From Paraphysomonas bandaiensis (Eukaryota; Protista; Chrysophyceae): a stretch of 64,000 nt of DNA. This document shows positions 1 to 12,885 of the stretch, piece by piece. The DNA lies in contig CBFFRP010000426.1 of the NCBI GenBank assembly GCA_965644295.1, positions 62,001-126,000 of the forward strand, written 5' to 3'. How positions within the stretch are numbered: position 1 is the first letter of the stretch; each line of letters opens with the position of its first letter. The notes below the pieces were generated by a model. That model ran no database searches, was not told the origin of the DNA, and was given only the letters and a program-made list of their open reading frames with translations. A program made the translations under genes and the position numbers.

Positions 1-3000
1 TGGACGGCTCCTCCTCCTTCTTCTCTTGGAGATTTCCTAATGCCACTAGCCGAGCCTTGTACTTTACTATATTCCCTAGTATGTCTCGCTTCACCGTATG
101 CACATATTTCGCTCTAACTAATTTCACTCCGCTTGGAATTTTCACGATCTTCAAGACACGTCTTTTCAGCAATGATGTCTTCTCCACCATTCGAGCTTTT
201 CTCCATTGTTGATACTGTGGAGATCTCTCTGCCTCGGCATATGAATTTGGTATCTTGATATCTTCTGTCTCTGCATGGTTAAGATCAATATTATGCGCAT
301 CCGGTACTTCAACCATATTAATCTCTCCTAAAACTGACGCGTTTGCCAGTCTCCGCTGCAGCCGTTTGCGTCGGACCCGACCATCACCATCTAGTTCAAT
401 CGGTCGACGAGGTATATAAGAACCCGTACCTTGCTCATCCTGAGCACGCACATCGTGCGTTGTGGGAGGAGCCCCGCTCACAACCCCAGACTCATAGTCT
501 TCAGAGGTCTGCAACCTCACAGCTGTCTCCTGACAGGTTGGGTCAGGACTCTCCTGTAACCCTCCAGGTCTTCCCTGGTCCAGCACCCTGGCTGGCATAG
601 TACTCAGGGCGTCCCCCTTTCCTATATATCCGGTATTCCCGGGAGTTTCTGCAGTCATTCGCACTACGTCCTCGACGTGAATCGGCACCCGGTGCTCGAT
701 ATGCTTCCGACCTGCAGTTACCAGAGATCGATAGGCTACTATTACCCCCTTTCGTTCTACTACTCTCGTGGTCTTGTAGAGAAGACCATCCTCATCATCA
801 ATATGATATGTACCTTCTAAGCCCGCATAGTCAGACACAATTTTCGGTCTCTCGGCCTCCTTCACTCGAAGAGCATCTATCTCAGCGAAATAGCTCTCCG
901 AGCGTGACGGTATGGACTCATCAGTTAATACATGTACCGACGTGACGACCCTATCAGTCGCAGGTAGATATACATCATATCCTACCTTTTCATCTGAATA
1001 TCCTATCAGATATCCGATAAGGGCCTTGTCGTCCCAGTCTTTCCGTCGATCCGCCTTTGTAGTGAGGACATACGCACGACACCCCCATACTCTGAGATAT
1101 TTCAGGTTGGGAGCCTCACCAGTCAAAAATTCAAGAGGGGACATATACCCCTTCGCTGTCTTTGTAGGCAATCGAATTAATATGTACCTGGCTGCCATGT
1201 AGGCATCTAGCCAAAACTGTGAAGGCAATCCTGACTGAATCAGCATCGCTAATGTCATCTCACCACAGGTCCTGAATTTCCGCTCCTCAATCGCGTTCAT
1301 CTCAGGAGAGTCCGTAGAGCTCCACGTATGTTGATAGCAACCCTGTGACCTAAGATATTGTCGCAGCTCATCACATATTAGCTCCCCTGCTCCATCTGCA
1401 TGGTAATGATGCATTTCTAATTTGTACCTTTTCACATCTCCTTCAAAAATCTTCTTGAAAACCTGCAGTACCGATGACCCAGTCCTATGAACAAGCCCTT
1501 CCGACCAGAACATCCGACTGGCATGGTGTGTTAGTTTGAGCACATATATTTCCCCTCCTCGAGCTGGACAATTTAAGTATACTGCTATATCGGCCGAGAA
1601 ATTTGGACGAACGGAGTCCTCATCCTTTGTCCGAAAACTTACTCTGGTGATCTTCGCCCTGGCGCATACATCACATAGACACTGTTCTTTGGAAACACGT
1701 TTCGAGAGATGTTTTCGTTTCAGTCCAGTCCCAATAATTAGCATTCTTTTGTGGGCTTCTACCAACGCATGCTTGTTAAAATGACCCGCTCTCCTATGTA
1801 ACAGCTCCAGTTCATCCTCACCCGTACGGTCACTGAGATTTACTTCTGAATCACTGGATGTCGATACGTCTGGAAGCTCCAATAACTGCTGTGTTGGCAC
1901 AGCAGTCATTCCATTCTTCATAGGTCCCTCCAACACCAGCTCATCCGTATTTCTGTCATATATCTGTATACCATACCATACAGTAAATCGATATCCCATA
2001 TCGTTCAACTTCCGTCCAGAACAAAGACACCGATTTATCTGACTTGATACCTCAATGTTCTTCCATGCTCCACGGGAACCTACACTCGTGACGCATATCT
2101 CTGACCCTTTTTTCGAACCATTAATAACCTTTGATGTGTGCATATGACTATCAAGTATATTCACATCATTTATCAAAAACATTGATGACGAACAACAGGT
2201 ATCAATGTATGTATAGTGAATATCCTCATGCACACTACTGCATATATTCGTCTCATACACATTACATGACAAGTGATACTCTTCCTGTTGCTCGATCATA
2301 TTTGCTTCGTCTTCGTCAGACAAATCCGCTGGCTCTCCACGCCTGATGTTTTCAACTGTAAGTAGTCTTTTGTCTGGTTTCCTTCCATCTTGAAACCTCA
2401 CAGCCTTGCTCTTGCTTTGCGAGTACTTCTTTTTCGATGCTGGACAATCGATGGCAAGATGTTCCTTTGACTTACAATTTCTGCACCCAGTATATTCGGC
2501 ACTTCCAGGTCGCTGCCCTGTAATCTCTGTATCCTTCTTCATCGGCTTCTTCTTACCGTTGTTCTTCTTACGATGATCCCTCTCTCTGCGATATCGTTTC
2601 TTACTGTCTATCAGGTTCAGCTCCTCCACTCTTTTACGCTTCTTCTCCAACGCTTCCTTCCCAGCCATAGTATCATCATAGCCTTCTATCTTACGTGATA
2701 CAGTTACATAATTAACATCATCATCCATCAAGTATAATCCAACTCTCAGTTGAGCATACTCTTCATTGAGCAAGCCTTCTCGTAGTCGACTTGTTTTTGA
2801 TACCTCCGAGATATCCTGCTGCTGCTCCTGTAGTTCCTTCAGCAGTAGTTCGAACCGTAGTACGTAGTCCTTCGCCGTCTCCTCCGGACGCATACGGAAA
2901 GAACCATATTGAGTTAAGAGGTCACTGATCCTATTTTGCTTCCCTCCAGCAAAACACTTCTTCAACTCATCAATCATTACATGTGTTTTGAACCTGTTTA

Positions 3001-3349
3001 CACCACTCCCTTCTGCCTTGAACGCTTTGTGGGTAAGATGGAATTTACGCAGCGCTTTCGGGGAATGCTGCACCGCATCCCTGCAGTAAGAATAAGCTAT
3101 GGCGTTCGCCTTCCAATACCTCTTCACAGCCTGTCTGTACGCCTTCTCCTCCATCAACGTAAGTGGCTGCTCCCCGAAGTCGCTCTCCTTAGGTGGCAGT
3201 TCCACCGCTACCTCGCTTTGTTCCTTCCTCATAAGGAATGTCTCGAAGTCCTCAATCCATTGTTCAACGTTAGTCTCGTTGAACTGAGGAACTACTCCTC
3301 TATCCTCCTTCTCTCCTCCTCGCTCGCTACCATGTTGGGAAATGCTCAT
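1..3349 (-). CDS. copia Gag-Pol polyprotein, partial (absent from the ORF track, apparently because it is open at the window edge)
   Basis: Manual translation from ATG 3349 (MSISQHGSERG...). CCHC knuckle CRNCKSKEHLAIDC; protease YIDTCCS; integrase LHRRAGH...CDVC, HADGAGEL, NAIEERKFRT, LRVWGCRAY, GYSDEKVGY. Confidence 0.9.
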   Translation of the reverse strand, partial: MSISQHGSERGGEKEDRGVVPQFNETNVEQWIEDFETFLMRKEQSEVAVELPPKESDFGEQPLTLMEEKAYRQAVKRYWKANAIAYSYCRDAVQHSPKALRKFHLTHKAFKAEGSGVNRFKTHVMIDELKKCFAGGKQNRISDLLTQYGSFRMRPEETAKDYVLRFELLLKELQEQQQDISEVSKTSRLREGLLNEEYAQLRVGLYLMDDDVNYVTVSRKIEGYDDTMAGKEALEKKRKRVEELNLIDSKKRYRRERDHRKKNNGKKKPMKKDTEITGQRPGSAEYTGCRNCKSKEHLAIDCPASKKKYSQSKSKAVRFQDGRKPDKRLLTVENIRRGEPADLSDEDEANMIEQQEEYHLSCNVYETNICSSVHEDIHYTYIDTCCSSSMFLINDVNILDSHMHTSKVINGSKKGSEICVTSVGSRGAWKNIEVSSQINRCLCSGRKLNDMGYRFTVWYGIQIYDRNTDELVLEGPMKNGMTAVPTQQLLELPDVSTSSDSEVNLSDRTGEDELELLHRRAGHFNKHALVEAHKRMLIIGTGLKRKHLSKRVSKEQCLCDVCARAKITRVSFRTKDEDSVRPNFSADIAVYLNCPARGGEIYVLKLTHHASRMFWSEGLVHRTGSSVLQVFKKIFEGDVKRYKLEMHHYHADGAGELICDELRQYLRSQGCYQHTWSSTDSPEMNAIEERKFRTCGEMTLAMLIQSGLPSQFWLDAYMAARYILIRLPTKTAKGYMSPLEFLTGEAPNLKYLRVWGCRAYVLTTKADRRKDWDDKALIGYLIGYSDEKVGYDVYLPATDRVVTSVHVLTDESIPSRSESYFAEIDALRVKEAERPKIVSDYAGLEGTYHIDDEDGLLYKTTRVVERKGVIVAYRSLVTAGRKHIEHRVPIHVEDVVRMTAETPGNTGYIGKGDALSTMPARVLDQGRPGGLQESPDPTCQETAVRLQTSEDYESGVVSGAPPTTHDVRAQDEQGTGSYIPRRPIELDGDGRVRRKRLQRRLANASVLGEINMVEVPDAHNIDLNHAETEDIKIPNSYAEAERSPQYQQWRKARMVEKTSLLKRRVLKIVKIPSGVKLVRAKYVHTVKRDILGNIVKYKARLVALGNLQEKKEEEPS

Positions 3350-3628
3350 TTTACTTAGATCAAAGAGAGATTAAGTTGTTAGACTAGATAGATTTATTAA
3401 TATCGTTTACACGAATTGTGTTAAACAACACAAGCTCGTTTTGTGCCATGCATAAATCACTACTTCTGTAGACCTTTCGCTACTAAACATATCTTGAAAG
3501 AGCAAACTATTTCAGTTTTCTCAATATCATAACAGCATCTACACATCACCATACTTCACTGTATTCTCGTACATTGTCTTCAAGTACCACATTGAATATA
3601 CTAGGATACAGTCCATATTCTAATAACA
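1..3628 (-). mobile_element. Ty1/copia LTR retrotransposon (family A), 5' part; runs off the left edge
   Basis: Putative LTR 3377-3628 (TGTTA...TAACA), then a gag-PR-IN ORF. The second LTR is outside the window, so LTR limits rest on the terminal inverted repeat. Confidence 0.9.
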
Positions 3629-3934
3629 TCAGCCTACTGAGGAGTAGGGAGTAGGTACCAAGCCTCACAGAACTCAACCCAAATTTTAAAGTTCGCTATC
3701 AGTTATTCTTACTACTATAGATATACGCTCTAATTAGACAGCTTGACAATAATATAGTCTGCCATCTATAATTTTTCACAACGCTATCACAGCTAAACCA
3801 TTTGTACAAACCCGGTACAAACGAGTTTAGCTATCTACACAGTATTGCACCTTTCTACAAACTTGCATGGTTACCGAGACATGTTGTATTTCATCATAAT
3901 GCGACTCAAGTACTCCAGTTCTATTCAATCAGAT

Positions 3935-4963
3935 TTATGCTTTGTCTATAACACAGTAACAGGCGCTCTTTTTTTCCATTATGCGGCACTCACATCCATA
4001 CTTGAAACCCTGGCAACATATGCAATCCCTACATTCAGGATAAAACATATCGGGATCAAACGATTGTTCAGTTTTCTCTGACTCTTGAGCACTAGAGGTA
4101 GTCGACGGAATTGCATCACCAGAGCCACTGGATGCACATGCTGTAGATGATGTCTGCGTGTTCGACATAGATCCCTTCTCTGTCGACTTGCCTACTACAG
4201 GATGGGTAGTATCGGGGTCAATCGATTGTTTAGTTTTCTCTGACACTTGGGCACTAGAGGTAGTTGACGGAATTGCATCACCAGAGCCACTGGATGCACA
4301 TGCTGTGGATGACGTCTGCGTATTCGAAGTAGATCCCTTCTCAGACGATTGGTCGGATTGAGATGTGGGTTTGTCCACCACAGGATGGGTAGATGGAGCT
4401 TGCTGGTGAGCGGGTACCCCTGAAGTGCAGCTACAGCTAGTCACTCCTCCCACACAGCATTTACAGCCATGTTTGTAGCCATTGCAACATGTACAGTCTC
4501 GGCACTCAGGAAACCAGAACTCGGATGCATATGCAGACAAAACACCATTGTCAGATGGCAAAGCTCCTGTTGAAGGGGGTCTTAGATCTGAATGTTCATG
4601 ATATTCCTGATATTCCTCATATTCCTCATTGTTATCCTGATGTAGTTCGTCAAGTGCCTATATCATACTCATATCTCATATGTGACGGTGCAGTAGTCAA
4701 GAACACACCTTATCGATCTCATCTAAATTAGCATAATCTGTTTCATCAAGCTGATCATATCCTTCATCATAGTACTCATATCCACCTCCGTACATAGCAT
4801 GATATTGTTCTGGGGTCATATACACTGGCTGACCACACTCATCATACGCCTGCTGATAGGGACTATAGTTGTAACCGCCCTGGGCGTCATACATACCATA
4901 TCCATACTCATATTGATTGGGGAAATATCCTCGACCTTGATTGTTGTAATTTCTTCCACTCAT
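3935..4963 (-). CDS. Tyr/Gly-rich N-terminus, PAM2-like motif and Cys-rich (CRDCxCCxGxKxGC) protein, copy 1
   Basis: ORFs 4697-4963 and 3935-4561 join in frame through a 51-nt GT-AG intron (4658-4708). Confidence 0.8.
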
Positions 4964-5267
4964 ATTGCTGTATTAAGAGATAAATGTATCAATGTACCAT
5001 GAGAATTACTGCCTATAATCCTCTATATATATACGGCACTTGTATACGTGCAGTTCCGGAGTACCAGAGCAGAGTGTACAGACATATAGAGTACTGGTAT
5101 ATACCTATACATATCGCGAATATGATGTCCAGAAAAATCAACAACTTTCTTCTTAATTTTCAGTTTTTACTCTACCGTTACTATTGAAGATATGGATTTC
5201 CATCTCCACAAAGGATGCTCTTTTTTTGTCATATCAAATAGTAGTGTCATATAGTATATCTAGATAC

Positions 5268-5269
<2 letters not shown>

Positions 5270-5300
<31 letters not shown>

Positions 5301-6035
5301 TGTATGTATGTATGTATGTATGTATGTATGTATGTATGTATGTATGTATGTATGTATGTATGTATGTATGTATGTATGTATGTATGTATGTATGTATGTA
5401 TGTATGTATGTATGTATGTATGTATGTATGTATGTATGTATGTATGTATGTATGTATGTATGTATGTATGTATGTATGTATGTATGTATGTATGTATGTA
5501 TGTATGTATGTATGTATGTATGTATGTATGTATGTATGTATGTATGTATGTATGTATGTATGTATGTATGTATGTATGTATGTATGTATGTATGTATGTA
5601 TGTATGTATGTATGTATGTATGTATGTATGTATGTATGTATGTATGTATGTATGTATGTATGTATGTATGTATGTATGTATGTATGTATGTATGTATGTA
5701 TGTATGTATGTATGTATGTATGTATGTATGTATGTATGTATGTATGTATGTATGTATGTATGTATGTTGTGTGTATGTATGTATTATGTATGTATGTATG
5801 TATGTATGTATGTATGGAGACGTTTTTCGACAAAGTGGACCAGCCCTCCACTTATCGGACTGTATTTGGTCCCACTCGAAATAAAAAATACTCATTTTGA
5901 CTACAATTTCAAAGCTCTACACTCATGTTCCATACGAAAAAACACAATACAAAAAAATAAAGTGGGACCAGACTGGTCCGCTTTGTCGAAAAAAGTCTCT
6001 ATGTATGTATGTATGTATGGATGTATGTATGTATG

Positions 6036-6067
<32 letters not shown>

Positions 6068-6093
6068 TGTATGTATGTATGTATGTATGTATG

Positions 6094-6124
<31 letters not shown>

Positions 6125-7586
6125 GTATGTATGTATGTATGTATGTATGTATGTATGTATGTATGTATGTATGTATGTATGTATGTATGTATGTATGTAT
6201 GTATGTATGTATGTATGTATGTATGTATGTATGTATGTATTTTTTTATGTATGTATGTATGTATGTATGTATGTATGTATGTATGTATGTATGTTGTGTG
6301 TATGTATGTATTATGTATGTATGTATGTATGTATGTATGTATGTATGTATGTATGTATGTATGTATGTATGTATGTATGTATGTATGTATGTATGTATGT
6401 ATGTATGTATGTATGTATGTATGTATGTATGTATGTATGTATGTATGTATGTATGTATGTATGTATGTATGTATGTATGTATGTATGTATGTATGTATGT
6501 ATGTATGTATGTATGTATGTATGTATGTTGTGTGTATGTATGTATTATGTATGTATGTATGTATGTATGTATGTATGTATGTATGTATGTATGTATGTAT
6601 GTATGTATGTATGTATGTATGTATGTATGTATGTATGTATGTATGTATGTATGTATGTATGTATGTATGTATGTATGTATGTATGTATGTTGTGTGTATG
6701 TATGTATTATGTATGTATGTATGTATGTATGTATGGATGTATGGATGTATGGATGTATGGATGTATGGATGTATGGATGTATGTATGTATGTATGTATGT
6801 ATGTATGTATGTATGTATGTATGTATGTATGTATGTATGTATGTATGTATGTATGTATGTATGTATGTATGTATGTATGTATGTATGTATGTATGTATGT
6901 ATGTATGTATGTATGTATGTATGTATGTATGTATGTATGTATGTATGTATGTATGTATGTATGTATGTATGTATGTATGTATGTATGTATGTATGTATGT
7001 ATGTATGTATGTATGTATGTATGTATGTATGTATGTATGTATGTATGTATGTATGTATGTATGTATGTATGTATGTATGTATGTTGTGTGTATGTATGTA
7101 TGTATGTATGTATGTATGTATGTATGTATGTATGTATGTATGTATGTATGTATGTATGTATGTATGTATGTATGTATGTATGTATGTATGTATGTATGTA
7201 TGTATGTATGTATGTATGTATGTATGTATGTATGTATGTATGTATGTATGTATGTATGTATGTATGTATGTATGTATGTATGTATGTATGTATGTATGTA
7301 TGTATGTTGTGTGTATGTATGTATTATGTATGTATGTATGTATGTATGTATGTATGTATGTATGTATGTATGTATGTATGTATGTATGTATGTATGTATG
7401 TATGTATGTATGTATGTATGTATGTATGTATGTATGTATGTATGTATGTATGTATGTATGTATGTATGTATGGATGTATGTGTGTATGGATGTATGGATG
7501 TATGGATGTATGGATGTATGGATGTATGGATGTATGGATGTATGGATGTATGGATGTATGGATGTATGGATGTATGTATGTATGTA
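5270..7586. repeat. (TATG)n microsatellite, ~2.3 kb, with recurrent variant blocks and (TATGGATG)n tracts
   Basis: Directly visible. Confidence 0.99.
5815..6001. mobile_element. 187-bp MITE, hAT-like, inside the (TATG)n array
   Basis: ~29-bp TIRs: TGGAGACGTTTTTCGACAAAGTGGACCAG vs reverse complement TAGAGACTTTTTTCGACAAAGCGGACCAG. Inner IR GGTCCCACT/AGTGGGACC. Flanks in phase, compatible with an 8-bp TSD TGTATGTA. Confidence 0.8.
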
Positions 7587-8802
7587 ACATCACCTATACA
7601 AGGGCGCATATGAACTTTACATGCATGCATGTGTCAAGGAAATTTAACGTGATCGACAAACTATTTGTTTTTGCCACTACTGCTGATATAAAGAACGTGG
7701 AGGAACAATTAGCTCTTCCCTTTGGAAAGAGGGGAAATACCGTCATCTTAGGTATGTATGAAGTAATTACGTGTTGGCCGAAATATTATGTGAAGTATTT
7801 AGGTGTCAATGAAATAACGACTATGAGAAGACGTAGCGTTGCGAGCGCATCCATTTCACGAAATAGTGCACTCGCAGTAGCGAAAGGGCATGTGAATAAG
7901 TGATAGTTACATTTTATGCAATAGAGTTTTAAGGTTTAGTGCAGAGATTATCTCACGTATATGATTTATTTCTGAATATCATTGATAGGTTGGATTTCAT
8001 ATCATGTAAGATTGTACATTAGTATGCTCGGACATACGAGTTTATAGATATGTGGCTACATATGAGATTGTCATTATAATTACTGCATATTCGTAACAAT
8101 TATATATCTTTGCAATTGCTCTACTACCTTGATTAACATTAGAATTTTCCGCTATCCCCATTTTCTTTCAATAAGTGTTTAACTACCTGAAGTGGGCCCA
8201 ACATAATGCTCGAAATAGCACCGGGAAATATGAAAATATAAACATTCTACTTCAATATGAATTCTACTTCAATAAGCGGTTCAAAACAGAAACCGTTTGC
8301 ATAAGGAAGTATATAGTCATTAGAAAGCACAAGAGACATTATTATATTACACAATGTTAGGGAAGCCAGAATGATGAGTACATACTGCATGCATATAGAT
8401 ACTCTCCTATATATTATATATTACTCTATTGTTCTTAAGTTTTTACAATAGAAGACCATTACTATTATTTATTTTTAATGCTGATATCGATAAAACTCGG
8501 TAGCGCGATTGAAGAGTTGGTAAAGATATACATAGTCAACTCTTTCATTGTACCCAAGTGCATGAACATAACGAAAATAATCCACAAATTCACCTACTGT
8601 AAGGTTAGCACTATATAATATTCTCAGACTACCACATTGGCACATACACCTGGTAGGCCACTACATAGCTACTCTAAATCAACGGAGGCTTTCATCCGTG
8701 CCACTGCAACTCGAAATTGTAACGAGCGAGTATACGTAGAATTATTCGCCACCAGTCGAGCCCAAGGCAACCTCTTTTCGGGTACAGTAATCTCTTCTAC
8801 AG

Positions 8803-9525
8803 GGTCTGGTCTAAGTCCTGATGTTGTAATATTGATGGGAGTCGCCAATTTACTGGCCGACGGGATATCCATGGGGCTGGGAGACTATCTTTCGGAAAAA
8901 GCGGAGAATAGGTTCGTGAAACACGAGAGAGATCGTGAAATGTGGTACGTATAATAAGAAATTAATAGTTAACTGCAAATGTTAATTTCAAATATAGGGA
9001 GACCAATAACTTCTTAGATGGCGAGATAAAGGAGATGATCGAAATATATATGAACAAGGGCCTTTCCGAAGAGGATGCTTCACTTATCATAAACACAATG
9101 GTCAAATATAAAGACTTTTTTGTGGACCACATGATAGTTATGGAACTTGGCTTAATGCCAGTGGAGGATGAAGATGATGCATGGAAAAAAGGTCTTGTGA
9201 CCTTTTTTTCGTTCCTCTTATTTGGGTCTGTCCCAGTACTGATATATATCATCCTCCGCGGTGTAGAGTACGGGGACACAAACATCGATGTTACATTTTT
9301 GTTGGCTATAGGAGGGACCCTATTGACAATATTTGTTTTGGGGGTAGCTCAAGGGGTGGTTACCAATCAAAATGTATGGATGAGGTATGGTTCCTATACT
9401 CGATATCTTCTATATGACGTAACTTTTTTATGCTAAGTGGACTTTCAATGCTCCTCAACGGAGGTCTTGCTGCAACTGTGTCATATCTAGCAGGATACCT
9501 TCTGGATCAGTTTCTAGATATTTAA
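8803..9525 (+). pseudogene. VIT1/CCC1 vacuolar iron transporter, N-terminal exon(s) not found
   Basis: GVANLLADGISMGLGDYLSEKAE...ERDREMWE...EIKEMIEIY...ELGL...LLNGGLAA over 3 exons. The first-helix GGLDG-type motif is not visible upstream. Confidence 0.7.
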
Positions 9526-10935
9526 ATGTATCTTATGTTGTCGATATGAGCTAATTACTTCTATATTAGCTGTGCGATTCTCTTTAGTTGTCGAGTTAAA
9601 TCATTGCATAATATCGTCTGTCTTATCTCTATTCTGTTTTGAATTTAGCGAGGACTAATTGTGAAATAGTTAGGAAACTGCATCGTGTGATCGTGTGATG
9701 CACAGATATCTGTTAGTCGCTTAAAAGCGATGTGTCTGCCATTACAATATATACTTCTTGTTTCTTAGTTGTTATCTTATGTGAGCTGTAGCGCCTGAAA
9801 TTTATGCACACCACGATATTCATATTAGCCTAATAGTGTGTATTGGAACTTATTGGTATACAATGCATCTACACGTATAACTCACGAAATCGGAATCACA
9901 ATCATGGTGTCGGGACCCGTGTGTGTTCTATCTCAAGTAGTTTTGTACCCCGTTTTATAGTACAGCAGTACGGGGCACTGAAAGTATTTAGGTTTGGCGG
10001 TGTTATATATGATGGTGCGATGGCTCTCTTCTCCCCATTTATCACTTTTGATCATGCTGATGAGTTGCCAAATTTGCAATGGGTAAAGCTTGCTATGCGG
10101 GAGAGCTATTGTAAAGGTTTATGCCTCATTATCGACAAAATGAGCGTGACAAGTGGGTTCCCGTGACCTGTAGAAAAGCGGAGAGTTTATGTCTCGAGGT
10201 TATTGAAGATGGCGCAAGCAAGCAGTATGCCTATTAGTATTGGAGGGGAGAAAAGCATTTGAAATGCGCAGTGAAAGTTCAGTCCGAGTACGTCGTTGAT
10301 TCATGTGCTGATTTACAGCATGAAACCGTGTTTGAAATGGAAAAAGAAGACCATGCAGGTGAGGTAGTGGATATGCTCGACTTACTGAGCAATGCTCTCA
10401 GTCGTGGTAAAAAGAGAAATGCATCAGAAATGGCTTTAAGCTCCAGAGACCCCCGATAGTATCAGGTAATAAGTAGTGGTACTAGAGTAGTAGAGTAGTA
10501 GAGTGTGTAGCTGGAGTACTATTGGGCTGTTGAGTAATAATCAGTTCATTCATTGGGGTACAGTTATTGCTTTTCTGTTACATGCGCAAGCAATAATGAG
10601 AACTAGATGGTACTGTAATGAACTATAAGATTAGGTGAAATTTATATATGCTCAAGATTTGTCGTTAATTTGCAGCAAACGCATGCATGTGTATGTATGT
10701 ATATATATTCGCTTTATTGGTGTTGGTTGTCCTGGACCCACCATCACATCAGCCTACTGAGGAGTAGGTATAGCACTATCAATGTTTGTGAGAGGTTGAG
10801 CAGAGCTAAGATTGTTACGACTACATTTTTGCAAGCGAATGACACCTAGACACTTCTATCAATTAAATCTAAAATCTATCAATAGAATTAAAGGCAATTA
10901 ATTGCATTGCCAATAATTGGATGCTTGATTAGTAC

Positions 10936-12885
10936 TTAGTAATAATTATTATTGTCGGCTATAAAACAGTAACAGGCGCTCTTTTTTTCCATTATGCGGC
11001 ACTCACATCCATACTTGAAACCCTGGCAGCACATGCAATCCCTACATTCAGGATAAAACCTATCGGGATCAATCGATTGCTCAGTTTTCTCTGACACTTG
11101 GGCACTAGAGGTAGTTGACGGAACTGCATCACCAGAGCCACTGGATGTACATGCTGTGGATGATGTCTGTGTATCCGAAGTAGATCCCTTCTCAGACGAT
11201 TGGTCGGACTGAGATGTGGGTTTGTCCACCACAGGATGGGTAGATGGAGCTTGCTGGTGAGCGGGTACCCCTGAAGTGCAGCTACAGCTAGTCACTCCTC
11301 CCACACAGCATTTACAGCCATGTTTGTAGCCATTGCAACATGTACAGTCTCGGCAGCAGTCACATCCATACTTGAAACCCTGGCAGCATATGCAATCCCT
11401 ACATTCAGGATAAAACCTATCGGGATCAATCGATTGCTCAGTTTTCTCTGACACTTGGGCACTAGAGGTAGTTGACGGAACTGCATCACCAGAGCCACTG
11501 GATGTACATGCTGTGGATGATGTCTGTGTATCCGAAGTAGATCCCTTCTTAGACGATTGGTCGGACTGAGATGTGGGTTTGTCCACCACAGGATGGGTAG
11601 ATGGAGCTTGCTGGTGAGCGGGTACCCCTGAAGTGCAGCTACAGCTAGTCACTCCTCCCACACAGCATTTACAGCCATGTTTGTAGCCATTGCAACATGT
11701 ACAGTCTCGGCAGCAGTCACATCCATACTTGAAACCCTGGCAGCATATGCAATCCCTACATTCAGGATAAAACCTATCGGGATCAATCGATTGCTCAGTT
11801 TTCTCTGACACTTGGGCACTAGAGGTAGTTGACGGAACTGCATCACCAGAGCCACTGGATGTACATGCTGTGGATGATGTCTGTGTATCCGAAGTAGATC
11901 CCTTCTTAGACGATTGGTCGGACTGAGATGTGGGTTTGTCCACCACAGGATGGGTAGATGGAGCTTGCTGGTGAGCGGGTACCCCTGAAGTGCAGCTACA
12001 GCTAGTCACTCCTCCCACACAGCATTTACAGCCATGTTTGTAGCCATTGCAACATGTACAGTCTCGGCAGCAGTCACATCCATACTTGAAACCCTGGCAG
12101 CACATGCAATCCCTACATTCAGGATAAAACCTATCGGGATCAATCGATTGCTCAGTTTTCTCTGACACTTGGGCACTAGAGGTAGTTGACGGAACTGCAT
12201 CACCAGAGCCACTGGATGTACATGCTGTGGATGATGTCTGTGTATCCGAAGTAGATCCCTTCTCAGACGATTGGTCGGACTGAGATGTGGGTTTGTCCAC
12301 CACAGGATGGGTAGATGGAGCTTGCTGGTGAGCGGGTACCCCTGAAGTGCAGCTACAGCTAGTCACTCCTCCCACACAGCATTTACAGCCATGTTTGTAG
12401 CCATTGCAACATGTACAGTCTCGGCACTCAGGAATCCAGAGCTCGGGTGCATATGCCGACAAAACGCCATTGTCAGATGGCAAAGCTCCTGTTGAAGGGG
12501 GTCTTAGATCTGAATGTTCATGATATTCCTCATATTCCTCATATTCCTCATTGTTATCCTGATGTAGTTCGTCAAGTGCCTATATCATACTCATATCTCA
12601 TATGTGACGGTGCAGTAGTCAAGAACACACCTTATCGATCTCATCTAAATTAGCATAATCTGTTTCATCAAGCTGATCATATCCTTCATCATAGTACTCA
12701 TATCCACCTCCGTACATAGCATGATATTGTTCTGGGGTCATATACACTGGCTGACCACACTTATCACACGTCTGCTGATAGGGACTATAGTTGTAACCGC
12801 CCTGGGCGTCATACATACCATATCCATACTCATATTGATTGGGGAAATATCCTCGACCTTGATTGTTGTAATTTCTCCCACTCAT
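10936..12885 (-). CDS. Cys-rich repeat protein, copy 2, with 4 tandem 119-aa (357-bp) units
   Basis: Near-identical to copy 1; intron 12580-12630. The 357-bp period is visible (shadow ORFs at 11292/11649/12006). Confidence 0.85.

Noticed and set aside
1-3358. Short plus-strand ORFs over copia A, and similar shadow ORFs over the other TEs and genes
   Set aside because: Antisense or alternate-frame shadows of long real ORFs.
5184-7903. Long MYVC/HTYI ORFs (also at 33.7-34.2, 39.1 and 59.1-59.8 kb)
   Set aside because: Stop-free translation of (TATG)n; not genes.
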